64,000 nucleotides of DNA, taken from assembly GCA_017652705.1 (NCBI GenBank), contig JAGCAM010000079.1:11475-75474 (forward strand). The letters are read 5' to 3'. Position 1 is the first letter of the stretch. Every line of letters starts with the position of its first letter. Positions 46,361 through 55,740 of this stretch are shown here, one piece after another. The notes below the pieces were generated by a model. It saw only the letters and a program-made list of their open reading frames with translations. It was not told the origin of the DNA and did not search any database. Both the position numbers and the translations under genes were made by a program. Source of the stretch: Kiritimatiellia bacterium (lineage in GTDB: Bacteria > Verrucomicrobiota > Kiritimatiellia > RFP12 > UBA1067).

Positions 46361-49300
46361 TCACTTCACCGTGACGGTCTTCTCGGACGAGACTCCGGTC
46401 ATCACGTCGGTTACGACGATCTTCCAGCGGTCGACGCTTTCGTTGAACGCCACGCGGAAGTCGCACGACGCCCTGCCCCCCTTCGCGTCCACCAGCTTGA
46501 ACTTGACGGGCGCGAGGCGCTCGAAGCTTTCGCCCTCCGGCGGCAGCATTTCGAAGCGCAGCACGTGGGTGACGGGCTTCGCCCCCGCGTCGCCGGCGAC
46601 GACCGCCGCCTCCACGTGCAGGTCGGAACCCTTCGCCGCCGAATCCGGCGCGTTCACCTCCACCGCCTTCACCTCGTAGGGCAGCAGCGCGTAGAAGCAC
46701 TCGTCGAGCCCGTTGAACACCACCGGTATCGCGTCGGTGCGGCCGACGGGTCTGCCCGCGCGGATGTCGTAGACCCAGTTCGTCGAGGCGAGTTTGACCT
46801 CCGCCTTCATCGGGAAGCGCTCGCAGCTGCGGCCCGACTTCTCCACTCCGAGGCACACCGCGCCGTCGCGCGTGAAGCGCGTGAATTCGGCCGGCACCGT
46901 CACTCCGTCGGCCACCGCCCGCGCGAACGGCCGGTGCCCGCAGGCCGCGAAAACGCGGCGGAACGCCTCGTTCGCCGCGCCGAGTTCGCCGCGCCCGTCC
47001 AGAAACGGTATCGCAGCCATGTTGATGTTGAACAGCACCGCCCTGCCCTTGCCGAATTCGCGGACGAAAAACGCCTCCGCGCCGGACGCCGCCCGGGCAT
47101 GCGCCTTCGCGCCGGACGCCCGCAGCGACGCGTCGACCAGAACCCCCTTGATCTCCACCGGCGCGGCGGCGAGCCCCTCCACGCGCAGCGTCGCGTGCTC
47201 GACCTTCGCCTCCGGCGAGAGCCGCTTCACGCCGAAGAGTTCGTCCAACGGAGGCTTCGCGTGGCGGACACCGTCCACCCCGTGCGTCGCGATGCGCGCG
47301 TCGGCGATGACGCTGCCGCCGTTCCTGACGAACGAAATTATCTCCTCGATCTCCTTGTCGCTCAGGATCTGCGTGTAGCCGAGCACCAGCGTCTTGACGC
47401 CTTTCCTGAGGTCGCCCTTCTCGATCATTTCGCTCGAAATGCCGTCCCACTGGAAACCGTGCGCGACCACCAGCCCTTCAAGCGTGCCGCGGGCCTGGCC
47501 GTGGGTGCTCATCTCTTTCACGAGCGGGCTGAGATGGCCGGAGTTGCGGCTCACCAGCACGCGGATGCCGTCGTTCTCGCGCTTGGAACGGGTGGTGAGC
47601 GCCACCGGCCCGCGCATGATTTCGCGGTACGTCGCGAACATCCACCCCGCGCGGCCGGGGTTCACCGACCCGTCGCCTTCGACCATGTAGCTGCCCAGCC
47701 AGAACCAGCTGAAATTGCACCCGTCGAGAAGGCCGTGCCATACCTGCCGTTCGCGAATCGGCCTCTTTACCTTCTTGCCGCCGTACACGCCGATGCACTC
47801 GCCGATGTAGCGGTGCGGAACTGCCCGCGCGAGCTGGATGTCTTCGCTGCCGGCGTAGGGGCAGACCGTGTTGAGGTGCTTGAGCACGTCGTACTTGATG
47901 TTGCCGAGCGTCGACGCGCCGAACCCGAAGCCGATCGACCGGTCGCGCGAACAGACCCCGCGCGCGATCGCCGCCGCCTGGTCGACGAACGCGTCCTCGA
48001 GGTACGTCTGCCGGTCGATCGCCGGCGCAAACACGCCGTCCTTCTGCCGTTCCTCTATCAGCTTCTGCTCGATTTCGAGAAAATCCTTCACCGACGTCTT
48101 CCACACGGCGTTGAGCTTGTCGACCGTGCCGTACTTCTTCTTCAGCCAGAAGAGGAAGTTCACGTACTGCGGCGACTCGGCGGGTTTCGCCGCCTTCACC
48201 GCCTCGAGCGTGACGTCTTTCCAGTCGGCGAACTTCGTGTTCAGATGCGCGTTCATCACTTCCACCCTGTCGTACGCGTCGCGCATCGCCGCGACGACCG
48301 TCGGCAGTTCGTTCGGCGTCAGGTTCTCGACCATCTTCGCCACCGAATCGCGGTCGGTTCCGAACAGCCGGAAGTCCTTCACCCCCTGCCTGCGCAGGTT
48401 CTCGGCCTTGCGCTCGCGGTACGCCGGCACCCAGTCGGGTATGGTGTTCTGAATTACGCTCGGTGCACCCGAGTCGTCGCCGAGCGAAATGAAGCGCCCG
48501 TTGATTTTCCGACACTGCTCGGCGTGTTCCGCGTAGCGGCGTTCGAGATGCTTCAGCCACCAGCGGCTTGAAATCGAGCAGCCCCTGTCGGAGGTGCTGC
48601 CGGGTATGCGGTCGCGGATGACCGGGTCGCCGCCGCGAAAGCACGATCTGACGTCGCTGGTCTCCCACAGATCAATGCCGCAGTACTGGAAGTATGCAAG
48701 GCGAAGCTCAGCGAATTCGCCGCTGCCGCACGGGTCGGTGGTGAAAATGCGGTAGTCCGCGCCAGCGTCGCCGCGGTGGAGAAAACAGGTCAGCCGCCTG
48801 ACGTCGAAAACCCGGTCGCCTTCAAGGTAGACGTCGATGAAGTTGCAGCTCCAGTCGAGAAACTTCTGGTCGAAGACGATTTCGACCGAATCCGCCGAGG
48901 CGTCGACCGCCGCCTCCACCCGCGAAATGACGCGGTTGCGCACGTCGCGCAGATCGCCGCGCACTTTGAGCCCGCCCGCCGACGCGCCGTTCACCGCCGC
49001 CCTGACCGCGATCTTCTCGCCCGGGTTGAACGTGCCGCGCCCGGCCGAGAACCGAACTTCGCCGAACTCCGGCGGCGCGATCTCCGCGCGGCAGTAGGCG
49101 CCGCCGCAGCCGCACTTGACCGGCTTGCCTGGCTTGATCACCAGTTCGCCTGAAGCGAAATCGAGCAGCTTGCCGCCCGCCTCGAGCCGCGCGTCGACCG
49201 TGTAGCGGCCCGCGCCGAGCCGCGGCGCCGCGAGCGTCACGTGGTTGGTGCCCGCCGGCAGATCCACCGCGGGGCGGTCCGGGCCCGCCAGAAGCCTGCC

Positions 49301-51379
49301 GAACGTGTCGCGTACCCGCCAGACGACTTCGCCCTTCCACGCCGGGCCCGCGGTGGTCAGCGTCGCCGCCGCACCGGTGCCGCCGTCCTGCACCGGAGCG
49401 CCTACTTCGAGGCAGCGGCGTTTGCCGCGCATGCCCAGCCCCGTCATCACCGCGCGGGCCGCCGCGGCGAGGCAGTATTCGTCTTCGTAGGCGATGTCCG
49501 GCGTGAGCGTCCAGCCGGGCGTGATCAGCGTCGTCAGGCACCACCCGGCCGCCCTGCCCGGATTGTAGCAGGCGAACGAACCCTTGCCGAACGCCGCGGT
49601 CGCGACGCCGGGCAGCCGGCAGTCGATCGACTTTTCAAGATCGAACCTCCCGCCGCCTTCCGGACGCACGAGTTTCACCATCCCCTTCGGGTTGCCCCGC
49701 GCGAGTTCTTTTTCGTGCTCGACTTCGCGGCCGAACACGTTGTTGCCGTTCACCACCACCACCTTCGCCCCTTCGAGCATCCGCCCGTAAAGCCAGCACT
49801 GCAGCTCCATCGGCCACGCATCGATCGACGTGCCGAGAAAGACGAACTGTTCGTACGGCGTCTCCTTGAGCATCCGCTCGAGCATCTTGCGCTTCTCCGG
49901 CGCGAGCATCAGGCCTTCGTAGAAATAGTCGCTCGTCTTGCCGAGACCGCGGTCGAAACACTGAAAAACGTCCGCGTCGACGTCAAGCCGGTTCATCAGC
50001 GCCCACGCCTCCCACGCGCCGTGCTGGTGGGCGCAGACGAGCGTCTTGCCGGACGCCCGCTCCGCGAGGTTCTTCGCCCACGGGAACAGCGTCGGTTCGC
50101 TGTTCCGGCGTTCCCACGGCTTCGGCGTTCGCTCCGGCTCCTCGGCGAATTTGTCCGGCGCGTCGGCCGGCGGGTTGATCTTCACCGGCACGCGCACTTT
50201 CTTCTCCGTGCGCATCAGGTTGCGCACGCACTCCCAGTAGGCGTTTTCGAACGCGGCGTCCCACGCTTTGTTCTTGCGTTCCAGCTCCGAAACCGCCGCG
50301 ATGTCCAGCTTCGCCGCGGCAAGCACGTTCGACCTGGCCGTCTCGTATTCGCCCCGCTGGCTGGATATCCGCCTGAGGACGTCGCCGAAGAACCCCTTTC
50401 TCGGCGGCTCGGTTATTGATGCTACGAAATCGTCGAGACGCTTGAGTTTCGCCCCGCAGCCGGCTATGCACTCCTTGCCCTTGGCGAGATAGCTGAGCCG
50501 CGACTCGCGGCCGTGGTCGACCACCACGTATTCCGAATCGGTCTGCACGTAGATCGTGCGCCGGTCGAGATCAGGATACGCCAGCCGCAGCCCGTCAACC
50601 GGGTTCTTCGGCGTCTTCTCCACCAGCACGCACTTGCCGTAGAGCTCGGCGTTGTGGTGGGTCTGCCCCTGGGTCGACCAGCCCAGCACCGCCATCGCTT
50701 CGCGCGTCGAGTCGGGCGGCAGTCCGGAACCAGGTTTCGGATACCACGTCTTCCAGAGCCTGATACGCGCGGGCTCCATGCCGAAAATGTAGCCGACTTT
50801 CGCTTTCATCTCCAAGTGCGTCAGCGCGAAGCGCGCCTCCACCTGCCAGTAGTCCTTGCCGATCGTGTACGCCTTGTCCCAGTCGGAGTTGAGCCCGTAG
50901 TTGCTGTCGGCGAGAATGCCCCAGCCGAAGTCGTAGTACCAGATGATCTCCTTCTCGTCGGTCGGGTTCAGCCAGATCTGGAACTTCGTGTGGCGGTCGT
51001 TGTTGCCGTCGAGGTGCAGTTCGACGTTGTCCCGCCAGATGAAGTTCCGCCGGCGGTCGTTGCGCGCGTCGTTGAACCGCTTCATGTTCTCCGGGGTGTC
51101 CTCCCAGCAGGTGGCCAGCACGTAAAAGTACTTGTCGTCCCAGAGACACCTGAATTCGGTGCGCGGCGTCTTCCACCGCGTGTCGATGGAGACCGTCGTG
51201 CAGCCGAATTCCGTCAGCGGCACGGCGCGTTTCCAGTCGGCCTCGTCCATCTTGCCGTCGATGACGACGGGGGCGGTCGCCTTCTCGACGAAGTGCAGTT
51301 TGAAACTGTCGGTCGTCTTGTCGGCCGCCTGCGCGGCCGCCGCGATCGAAACCGCTGCCAGTATGGTCGTCTTTTTCAT
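46361..51379 (-). CDS. giant secreted multidomain protein: N-terminal CBM9-like domain, Ig-like modules, GH42-like barrel and amidotransferase-like domain
   Basis: 1672 aa with a signal peptide. It has VIDGKMDEADWK (CBM9-like), FLFWLKKKYGTVDKLNAVWKT (GH42-type block) and VKTLVLGYTQILSDKEIEEIISFVRNGGSVIAD (GH42 M-domain-like). The function is not assignable. Confidence 0.75.
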   Translation of the reverse strand: MKKTTILAAVSIAAAAQAADKTTDSFKLHFVEKATAPVVIDGKMDEADWKRAVPLTEFGCTTVSIDTRWKTPRTEFRCLWDDKYFYVLATCWEDTPENMKRFNDARNDRRRNFIWRDNVELHLDGNNDRHTKFQIWLNPTDEKEIIWYYDFGWGILADSNYGLNSDWDKAYTIGKDYWQVEARFALTHLEMKAKVGYIFGMEPARIRLWKTWYPKPGSGLPPDSTREAMAVLGWSTQGQTHHNAELYGKCVLVEKTPKNPVDGLRLAYPDLDRRTIYVQTDSEYVVVDHGRESRLSYLAKGKECIAGCGAKLKRLDDFVASITEPPRKGFFGDVLRRISSQRGEYETARSNVLAAAKLDIAAVSELERKNKAWDAAFENAYWECVRNLMRTEKKVRVPVKINPPADAPDKFAEEPERTPKPWERRNSEPTLFPWAKNLAERASGKTLVCAHQHGAWEAWALMNRLDVDADVFQCFDRGLGKTSDYFYEGLMLAPEKRKMLERMLKETPYEQFVFLGTSIDAWPMELQCWLYGRMLEGAKVVVVNGNNVFGREVEHEKELARGNPKGMVKLVRPEGGGRFDLEKSIDCRLPGVATAAFGKGSFACYNPGRAAGWCLTTLITPGWTLTPDIAYEDEYCLAAAARAVMTGLGMRGKRRCLEVGAPVQDGGTGAAATLTTAGPAWKGEVVWRVRDTFGRLLAGPDRPAVDLPAGTNHVTLAAPRLGAGRYTVDARLEAGGKLLDFASGELVIKPGKPVKCGCGGAYCRAEIAPPEFGEVRFSAGRGTFNPGEKIAVRAAVNGASAGGLKVRGDLRDVRNRVISRVEAAVDASADSVEIVFDQKFLDWSCNFIDVYLEGDRVFDVRRLTCFLHRGDAGADYRIFTTDPCGSGEFAELRLAYFQYCGIDLWETSDVRSCFRGGDPVIRDRIPGSTSDRGCSISSRWWLKHLERRYAEHAEQCRKINGRFISLGDDSGAPSVIQNTIPDWVPAYRERKAENLRRQGVKDFRLFGTDRDSVAKMVENLTPNELPTVVAAMRDAYDRVEVMNAHLNTKFADWKDVTLEAVKAAKPAESPQYVNFLFWLKKKYGTVDKLNAVWKTSVKDFLEIEQKLIEERQKDGVFAPAIDRQTYLEDAFVDQAAAIARGVCSRDRSIGFGFGASTLGNIKYDVLKHLNTVCPYAGSEDIQLARAVPHRYIGECIGVYGGKKVKRPIRERQVWHGLLDGCNFSWFWLGSYMVEGDGSVNPGRAGWMFATYREIMRGPVALTTRSKRENDGIRVLVSRNSGHLSPLVKEMSTHGQARGTLEGLVVAHGFQWDGISSEMIEKGDLRKGVKTLVLGYTQILSDKEIEEIISFVRNGGSVIADARIATHGVDGVRHAKPPLDELFGVKRLSPEAKVEHATLRVEGLAAAPVEIKGVLVDASLRASGAKAHARAASGAEAFFVREFGKGRAVLFNINMAAIPFLDGRGELGAANEAFRRVFAACGHRPFARAVADGVTVPAEFTRFTRDGAVCLGVEKSGRSCERFPMKAEVKLASTNWVYDIRAGRPVGRTDAIPVVFNGLDECFYALLPYEVKAVEVNAPDSAAKGSDLHVEAAVVAGDAGAKPVTHVLRFEMLPPEGESFERLAPVKFKLVDAKGGRASCDFRVAFNESVDRWKIVVTDVMTGVSSEKTVTVK

Positions 51380-51419
51380 TCGCTTTTCTCCCCCGCGCCG
51401 CGGAATCTTTCCGCAACGC

Positions 51420-54400
51420 TCATTTCACCGGTGCCGCGAGCGTCACCGCCGCCGCGCTTTCAAGCCCGGTCGCCATGTCGCGCAGCACAACTTTGTAACG
51501 TCCGGGCGCGTCGGAATACGGGAACTGGAAGTCCACCTTCGTCTTGCGGTCCGCGCAGAACAGCGTTTCGCGGTTCGCGATGCGCGCGCCTGCGGGCGAC
51601 TCAGTCTCCAGCCGGTATACCGAGCCTTTGCGCAAAACCGCCGTGTCCAGCGAAATCTCGTCGCCGGGCGCGATTTCCGTCTTCGTCAGCCTGACTTCGG
51701 GCGGCCGCTGCTCGGTCTTGAACGCCGCGTAGAGCGCATGCGGTTTCTCGAGACGCGCGATCGTTATGCGGTCGGACCGGCCGATGAAACCGACATCGGA
51801 TTCATACACCCACTTCTCCTCGCCGAGCTCGATTTCCGCCCGCTTGCCGAGATTGTAGGTGCTGGTGACGAACCCGAGCAGCGTCATGTCGCCGAGTTCG
51901 CGGATCCGGAACTTGACACCGTCCGTCGAAATCCCGGAAAGCTTCTCCTTCACCGTTATCCCGCTCTCGGCGAGCAGCGCGGTTATCCGGTCGTCTTTCC
52001 AGCCGCGCTTGAGCTCCTTCCATAGACCGGAGAGCGGCGGTTTTTCGCGGCGCGCGAGGTATCCGTCGAGAACGCCCGGTTCGCAGTCGGAATATATCTT
52101 GCCGCCGCGTTTCGCGAACTTGGCGAGCGCGGCGGTTTCGCCGTCGTCGAGGGCGACCGCGCCGGAGAGAAACAACGCCTTCATCTCGTCCAGCCTGCAC
52201 AGCGACCGCCGGGTGACGATCGCCGTGTCCATGCCGTTGCGGTAGCAGTAGTCGATGAACGCGCCGTTGCCCTCGCGGGCGGACGGAAAATCGTCCGAAA
52301 GCGTCGACGCGTGGTTGGAGGCGTGGGAATAGTAGATCGCGAAGGCGCTTTTCCGCATCGGCACCCGGCACAGCAGCGCGCCGATCCCGCGCGACAGCGG
52401 CCTCCACGTGGGCAGCATGCGCTTCACGTACGGTGCCGGCTGAAAATCGCTCGACATTCCGGACTCCGCGCTCGCGGGGTCCATCTGGAACCAGAGGTCG
52501 GCGTTGAGGGTTCCGCACAGCACGTACCCCCACTGCTCCGCGGCGAAACCGTCGCGCGGCGAGCGTTGGTAGCCGCCCCACCAGATGCCGCGCAGGCAGC
52601 GCGGCGCGATGTTGCGCACCAGTTCGTCGTCGACCTTGTTGCCGTACGGCCCCCAGAACTCCAGTTTCGAAAGCGTGTATTCGATGTCGGCGCCGGGCGA
52701 CCCCTCCGCGCCGCAGCGCGCTTTCGGGTCGCGCTTCTTGATTATCGCCGTCAGTTCGTGGAATGTGTCGGCGTAGAGGTGCTCCGCGTACTGCACCTGG
52801 TCGTACCACGTCACCCAGTCGTTCGCCGCCCTGGACGCTTTCACGCGCACGTGCGGCGCCTCCGCGAAGTCCGCTATGTTGGTGCCGTGCGCCCGGTTGT
52901 ACGCCGCAAGCGTGCCGTAACGCTTCTTCAGATAATCGCGGTAGTACCCTTCGCTCTCGGCGTCGCCGAAGCCGATGTCGGACGAATACCCGCACTCGTC
53001 GCCGAAACTCCAGGCGAGCGGTCCGTACGGCAGCGTTGCGTCGATTCTCTTGTTGTAGAAACGCGCGAGCCGCTCGCGGACCGCCGGCCGGTGCACGTTG
53101 AGGTCGTGCCCGTTCGCGTCCCACCACTGCTTGATTTCGGGATCGCCGCGCGACGATTTCGGTATCGGGCATTGCGTCGTCCACACCGTGCCGCTGGGAC
53201 CGGCGGCGAGGCACACGCGCGTCGAATACGGCAACGCCCGACCGTTGAATATCGCGCTCAGCGAGCCGGACGACAGATGGTTGTTGTAGCCGATTTCATC
53301 CATCAGCGGGGGCGCGAAGAGTTCCGCGAGATTGCCTGGGCCGATGCCGTCCCAGCAGATCATCGCGTAGTCTTCGAAACGGTGCGTCGGGAAGAACACC
53401 AGTTTCTTCACCTTCGCCGCCGCGCCCCCGTCGGCCTTCCTCAACGTCACGTCGACGCACCCCGCCTTCGTCGGGAACGGCTTCGCGGCGATCTGATACC
53501 TCACGCTCCGCGCGCCGCCGCCCACCGGAATCTTGCACCTGGCCCGCACCTGGCGGTAGGGCATGTCGCGCAGCAGCACATCGACCGTCCACTTCTCCCC
53601 ACGAGGCACGGGCTTCTCCCACGCGATCACCGTGTCGAACCGGCAGCCCTCCGCTACCACCATCCTGTTCGTGCCGTTGACGGTCATCGCCCCGACCGGG
53701 CTCTGCACCGTAAACTTCCTCACCGACGCGAAATCGTCGCAGCCGCCGCTCCCCGGCACCACGTCGACGTAGTAGTCGCCCCCGGAGTAACCGGATATGT
53801 CGACCGCGAACACGTTGCGCCCGGCCTTGACCGGCGCCGTCTCGTCGACCAGCAGTTCGTTGTCAGACGATCTCACCCGGTACTTCACCGAATCGCACGC
53901 GCCGCGGGGCGCGGCTTCCACGGTGAACGGATACAGCTCGGTGCCGAGCGGCAGCGGCTCGGCCACGCCGGCGGCCTGCGCGAATTTAACCGTCGACGCC
54001 GGGTTGCGCCCCGCCGCGTAACGCGCCGCGTTCATGAAATACGTCGACCGCGTCTCGTAGTTGGCCCTCCACGCGAAGTTCCAGAATTCAGGCACCGGCA
54101 CGTCGATGCACACCACGCGCCCCCTGCCGTAGCGGTACGCCCTCACCGCCTTCGGCGACAGCCCCGCCGCCGACAGTATCCGCCGGCCTTCCTCGTCGGG
54201 CTCGAGGTACTTCTCGTCGGGCACCAGATCGCGCCCAACCCTGGAACCCCGCAGCACCAGCCCCACCCCCTCGTCATGCACCCGCCTGACGATCTCGCAG
54301 CGGTACACCGCCGGTATGCCGGACGGATAGGTGTAGTGAAGCACGATCACTTCGGGGTTTTTCGCCAGCATCGTTTCAAACTGACGGTAGCGCGGCAGCG

Positions 54401-55667
54401 GCAGCCCCCCGGTCACGAGATCGGCGAAGATCGACGAATATCCGAACGGCATCGGGAAAACATCCACCTTGAAATCGCAGCGCTGGCAGACCTCAACCGC
54501 ATCGCGGACCCACGGCCCGGTTCCGGTTATGCACAGCACCTTCGCCGCGCCGCCGAGCGATTTTTCGCACCATTTCAGATGCGGCGTCACGTACGCCGTC
54601 TGACTCGGATTCCACCTGAACCAGCCGTTGTGGCCGTCGTACTCCTTCGGCGGGTTGAGGTCGTATGTGCCGGCGAGCCGCAGCTTCTTCGGCGGCAGCG
54701 GCTTCTCCATCGTCGCCATCCTGACTATGTTGGTGAGCGCGGCGTCCGTCTCCGCCTTGTCCGCCGCGGCGATTTCGTCGAGCGTCTCCTGTATCGTCTT
54801 CGATATCTCGCGCGTGCCGTCTTCGTCGTGCAGGTAGCTCTTGCCGCCGATGCCGACCGCCCAGTACCCTGGCACGCGCTTCTCGATCATCTTAAGTATC
54901 GTCGCCGCGGCTGGCTTCGCCCCGTCGGAAAACTGCAGATACCCGAACCTGTTCGCCGAGAAAAAGCTCGCCATCACCGCCGAAGCGCCGAAATCGCCCC
55001 AGCCGCGCTCGGTGAAACGGAACCGCGAATGGTTGAACCGCCACACTTCGCCCGGCCTGACCTTCGCCCGCCCGTGCAGCGCCGCCCACGGTATGAAAAG
55101 CTCGAATTCCCAGCGGTCGCTGAATATCTTCGCCGCGCTCTTGATGCCGTCGGGCTTCCACGCCGGCTGCGGATTGTTCGGATCCATTCTCCAGAGCGTG
55201 GAACAGACGCCGAGCGAATTGACCATGAACTTGTAGAACCCGACCGCGTCGCCGACCGGATCAAGGTAAATCTCGCCGATGTCGTCGGTCTCGATCGCAT
55301 TGTCGCCGCTCTTGCGGGCCCGTTGCCGCAGATTGCCGGGCTGCGACTCGGGGTTGCACACCCCGACGTACAACCCCGCGTCGTCGTACATGATCGCCGC
55401 GCTCGTGCCCTCGAACTTGTGCTTCGGCCGCGGTTTTATGTATTCGTAGTAGACCGTGTGCGGCATGGCGTCTTTCCAGCACGCATCGTCGAGCGCCCCG
55501 TCGATTTTCGGCGGCGTCTTCGCCGGCATCGCCACGTCAAATGAGATTTCCGCCACGTCCACCGCCTGCACCGCCGCCGCGAACACTGCCGCAACGCCGC
55601 ATACCGCGGCCCTCAATGCCGTCAAGCGGCCGGTATGTCGGTCGACAAAAGATTTTTCAGTTTTCAT
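51420..55667 (-). CDS. giant secreted paralog of the 1672-aa protein (CBM9-like + GH42-like architecture)
   Basis: The start is reset to MKTEKSF (ATG at 55667), behind a TGGTAGAAT box. It has IDGALDDACWK, YYRDYLKKRYGTLAAYNRAHGT, SFGDECGY and ALAKFAKRGGKIYSD. Confidence 0.75.
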   Translation of the reverse strand: MKTEKSFVDRHTGRLTALRAAVCGVAAVFAAAVQAVDVAEISFDVAMPAKTPPKIDGALDDACWKDAMPHTVYYEYIKPRPKHKFEGTSAAIMYDDAGLYVGVCNPESQPGNLRQRARKSGDNAIETDDIGEIYLDPVGDAVGFYKFMVNSLGVCSTLWRMDPNNPQPAWKPDGIKSAAKIFSDRWEFELFIPWAALHGRAKVRPGEVWRFNHSRFRFTERGWGDFGASAVMASFFSANRFGYLQFSDGAKPAAATILKMIEKRVPGYWAVGIGGKSYLHDEDGTREISKTIQETLDEIAAADKAETDAALTNIVRMATMEKPLPPKKLRLAGTYDLNPPKEYDGHNGWFRWNPSQTAYVTPHLKWCEKSLGGAAKVLCITGTGPWVRDAVEVCQRCDFKVDVFPMPFGYSSIFADLVTGGLPLPRYRQFETMLAKNPEVIVLHYTYPSGIPAVYRCEIVRRVHDEGVGLVLRGSRVGRDLVPDEKYLEPDEEGRRILSAAGLSPKAVRAYRYGRGRVVCIDVPVPEFWNFAWRANYETRSTYFMNAARYAAGRNPASTVKFAQAAGVAEPLPLGTELYPFTVEAAPRGACDSVKYRVRSSDNELLVDETAPVKAGRNVFAVDISGYSGGDYYVDVVPGSGGCDDFASVRKFTVQSPVGAMTVNGTNRMVVAEGCRFDTVIAWEKPVPRGEKWTVDVLLRDMPYRQVRARCKIPVGGGARSVRYQIAAKPFPTKAGCVDVTLRKADGGAAAKVKKLVFFPTHRFEDYAMICWDGIGPGNLAELFAPPLMDEIGYNNHLSSGSLSAIFNGRALPYSTRVCLAAGPSGTVWTTQCPIPKSSRGDPEIKQWWDANGHDLNVHRPAVRERLARFYNKRIDATLPYGPLAWSFGDECGYSSDIGFGDAESEGYYRDYLKKRYGTLAAYNRAHGTNIADFAEAPHVRVKASRAANDWVTWYDQVQYAEHLYADTFHELTAIIKKRDPKARCGAEGSPGADIEYTLSKLEFWGPYGNKVDDELVRNIAPRCLRGIWWGGYQRSPRDGFAAEQWGYVLCGTLNADLWFQMDPASAESGMSSDFQPAPYVKRMLPTWRPLSRGIGALLCRVPMRKSAFAIYYSHASNHASTLSDDFPSAREGNGAFIDYCYRNGMDTAIVTRRSLCRLDEMKALFLSGAVALDDGETAALAKFAKRGGKIYSDCEPGVLDGYLARREKPPLSGLWKELKRGWKDDRITALLAESGITVKEKLSGISTDGVKFRIRELGDMTLLGFVTSTYNLGKRAEIELGEEKWVYESDVGFIGRSDRITIARLEKPHALYAAFKTEQRPPEVRLTKTEIAPGDEISLDTAVLRKGSVYRLETESPAGARIANRETLFCADRKTKVDFQFPYSDAPGRYKVVLRDMATGLESAAAVTLAAPVK

Positions 55668-55674
55668 GAAGTTA

Positions 55675-55683
55675 ATTCTACCA
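55675..55683 (-). promoter_or_regulatory. extended -10 box TGGTAGAAT, 7 nt from the ATG at 55667 (leaderless candidate)
   Basis: The reverse complement of attctacca is TGGTAGAAT. Confidence 0.5.
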
Positions 55684-55740
55684 AAATACGCCGCCAAGGG
55701 CAATAGCACGCGCCGGACGCGGTACGTCGGCGGCTGTCAC

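Noticed and set aside
44795-48571. Very long plus-strand ORFs: 1258 aa here, plus 1077 aa at 52311-55544, 1036 aa at 30587-33697, 719 aa at 7842-10001, 645 aa at 41231-43168 and 606 aa at 12872-14692.
   Set aside because: They are antisense shadows of minus-strand genes with clear family signatures. Their translations are Arg/Ala/Gly/Pro/Val-rich low-complexity strings with no recognisable motifs. This is what a GC-rich genome with few stop codons in the opposite frames would produce.
55686-55705. A 12-mer gccgccaagggc, followed by gcaatagc, is shared with 63918-63937, where the 8-mer appears as its reverse complement gctattgc. Both copies lie upstream of leaderless promoters.
   Set aside because: Chance 12-mer matches are expected many times in 64 kb of GC-rich sequence. 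The two copies lie at different distances from their -10 boxes (about 10-20 nt versus about 70-85 nt). There is no third copy at the other promoters.
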